Origin: Antedon mediterranea
Taxonomy: Eukaryota > Animalia > Echinodermata
Reading direction: 5' to 3'
Length of the DNA stretch: 64,000 nt
Assembly: GCF_964355755.1 (NCBI RefSeq)
Contig: NC_092672.1
Location: forward strand, 13,392,001 to 13,456,000
Below, in pieces: positions 61,815 through 64,000 of the stretch (positions are counted from its first letter, which is position 1; the number at the start of each line of letters is the position of its first letter). Under the pieces are notes generated by a model. That model saw only the letters and a program-made list of their open reading frames with translations. It was not told the DNA's origin and made no database searches. A program made the position numbers and the translations under genes.

Positions 61815-62839
61815 TACTTACAATAAATCATTCCACGTAAAGTTCCTGATGTGCTTTCATCATCTTGACCCTCTGATTCTATGATTAACAATAAGAAAAT
61901 ATTAAGATTGTTCTGTTCAAACTAATGGGCAAACTATTCCATAAAATTATTGTAAATGAAAAATTTAGCACCTACCATCAAGTATACTGTAGAAGAAAAT
62001 GCTGTAAAATTCTTCTTCGTGGAGGAAGAAGTACATAAGCATTTCTATCTGTAAGATATACAAAATACTGTACTATAAATTGTTGTATTTAAATCGGTTA
62101 TAAAGATTTTCATTGACAGTATAAAAAGCAGTTTTATATACCGACACATACTTGATGTTCATTAACAACAGGTCTTGTATTAATTGAAGCTCGAGATGTG
62201 AGAGGCGCAGAGTTGCAACCCGAACTTTTTAGATTTTAGCCTTGAAGTTCAGAAGGTGAAGGTAAACAAACAACTAACCCGAATCACGTCATGTTTGGTA
62301 CCTACAGTATCTATTCGAAAATATATTAGCTACCATAATTTTTAACAACCTTAGGAATTTTTTAAAGGAAATTGGTTTTATTAAGGTGTTAGGTTGCTGA
62401 ATTTTCTAAGAAGAATTTATGAATCCTTGTCTGTGATTGGCTATAGAGACAAATTACGCTCTCTGATTGGCTGACGCTTTTGTAGCATGGCTTCTATCGT
62501 AGTTTCTCGAATGAATGTTTCAACAGTTTGTGAATATTTAGGAAGTTAATCGTTATTTTTATCGGCATAGACTGAGGCTTGGGCTCGGCATTACCGATTG
62601 GTTGCTAGGCATGCCAACCAGCCCCTCACTGACCGTGAATGAATTGCCGATCATTTTGGGGTTTGGGTTTATATTTGGTCCATGACCTAAAATATCATTT
62701 ATGGCAGAAAAATGCCAAATCCCATACTTGCACCAGCTCCAGATTTATTTAATCTGTCTTTCGCCGCTTTATACGACGACCGCAACCCCTTCAATTTCGT
62801 TTAAATATGAAATCCTTCTTTACGAGGATCTCTCTTAAT

Positions 62840-63614
62840 ATCCTGAATGGATATTTCCTATGGCCAACGTGTGAATCGGTCAATACACGTTAACAAATAA
62901 GTATATCCATTTGAGTGTGGTAATGGTCCTACTAAGTCAATATGAACATGCTGGAATCTTCCAGTTGTCTGCTCAAATGCAGATAATGGTGCGATTGTGT
63001 GTCGATGAATTTTTGATTTTTAACACTGCAAGCATGTTTTAGCCCAGTTTCGTACATCAGAATTAATGTCAAATTATAACATTGATACAAACTTTTGTTT
63101 TGTTTTAATTCCCGGATGTGACAAGTTATGAAGGGTGTTGAATATTAGGCGAAGATACTTGTCGGGAATAAAAGGTAAAGGGTTGCCACTTGACATGTCG
63201 CATACAATTGTGATATCAGCGTTCGGCACTGGCAATACCTTCCAAACAATTGTGTTATGAACATTGGAGTTGAGGAGTGTTTGTAGTTCTGTGTCAGATT
63301 TCTGTGCTTGGGCTTGCCGCCTGTGCGTAACATGTTTGTTAGTGGTTCTTTTAAATGTTGTTCATGTTCTTCTGGGCTGCAGCTTGCTACCAAAACATCA
63401 ATATACGCGTAGAAAGTGTAGGCAACTCGTAATTTTGTCGATGAAGCGTTGGAAAGTTTGAGCAGCATTACGTAATCCAAATGGCATTTTGACGAATTCG
63501 TAGAGTCCAAATAGGGTAGTAATGGCGGTTTTATGGATGTCCTCCTCAGCCATAGTTATCTGGTGGTATGCTCGTACAAGGTCGATTTTTGAAAAGATTG
63601 TTGTGCCTTGTAGA
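62840..63614 (-). mobile_element. Internally deleted Ty3/Gypsy pol fragment (RT + integrase)
   Basis: [19 protein letters not shown]...[30 protein letters not shown]; LHNLSHPGIK...VRNWAKTCLQC...HVHIDLVGPLPHSNGYTYLLTCIDRFTRWP. Confidence 0.9.
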
Positions 63615-63929
63615 TTAGCAGTGAAGTCTTGTATAAATTAAAAGTTCAATATGTGCCAAGTGCCCAACGTGTGAATCGGTATAAGCCGCGTATGTGTGTG
63701 AATTCTCATTTCTTGGCATAAATTGTAGCCTAAGGATGCACATTGGGACTTTTTCTCGCAATAAAAATGATGTGTTGGTTCTTTTTAGTGTTTCGTTTAA
63801 TAATTTGTTTGTTTTTATATAGTGATGTCTCTTACAGGTTGAAGGGAGAATAGAAGAAATCAGCAAAAGTAAATCAGAATATGCAGCTTGTGTGAGTGAG
63901 TGCTTAATTACAAATAATAAAATCGACAT
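63615..63929 (-). mobile_element. CACTA/EnSpm-type transposase N-terminal fragment
   Basis: SILLFVIKHSLTQAAYSDLLLLISSILP pattern followed by a frameshifted Cys-containing segment. Confidence 0.55.
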
Positions 63930-64000
63930 ATACAGGCTTACTACGGTATATATAAATGATCAGATCCTTAAAATAATTTCGTAAAAAAGGGGGCGTTGTT

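Overview
AT-rich metazoan genomic DNA; the intron style and transposon repertoire suggest an invertebrate, and the species cannot be determined from the sequence. The left half (5496-28647, minus strand) holds a complete 29-exon gene for the nuclear-encoded, T7-like mitochondrial RNA polymerase POLRMT. I reconstructed it by hand: every intron is GT-AG, phases are consistent, and the CDS is 3942 nt (about 1313 aa) with PPR repeats, motifs A/B/C and the C-terminal STYFFS. Its introns contain many MITEs and two inverted copies of a ~1.8-kb non-autonomous DNA transposon. The right half (~29-64 kb), directly upstream of the POLRMT start, has no recognisable host gene. It is packed with decayed fragments of many unrelated transposon superfamilies: Kolobok x2, Academ, Sola1-like, Sola2, L2, BEL/Pao, Gypsy x2, DIRS/Ngaro-like, piggyBac and CACTA. 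Every one of these coding fragments lies on the minus strand, and a candidate plus-strand non-coding spliced exon sits at the entrance. This is the architecture of a flamenco-like uni-strand piRNA cluster transcribed divergently from the POLRMT promoter (inference; needs small-RNA data).
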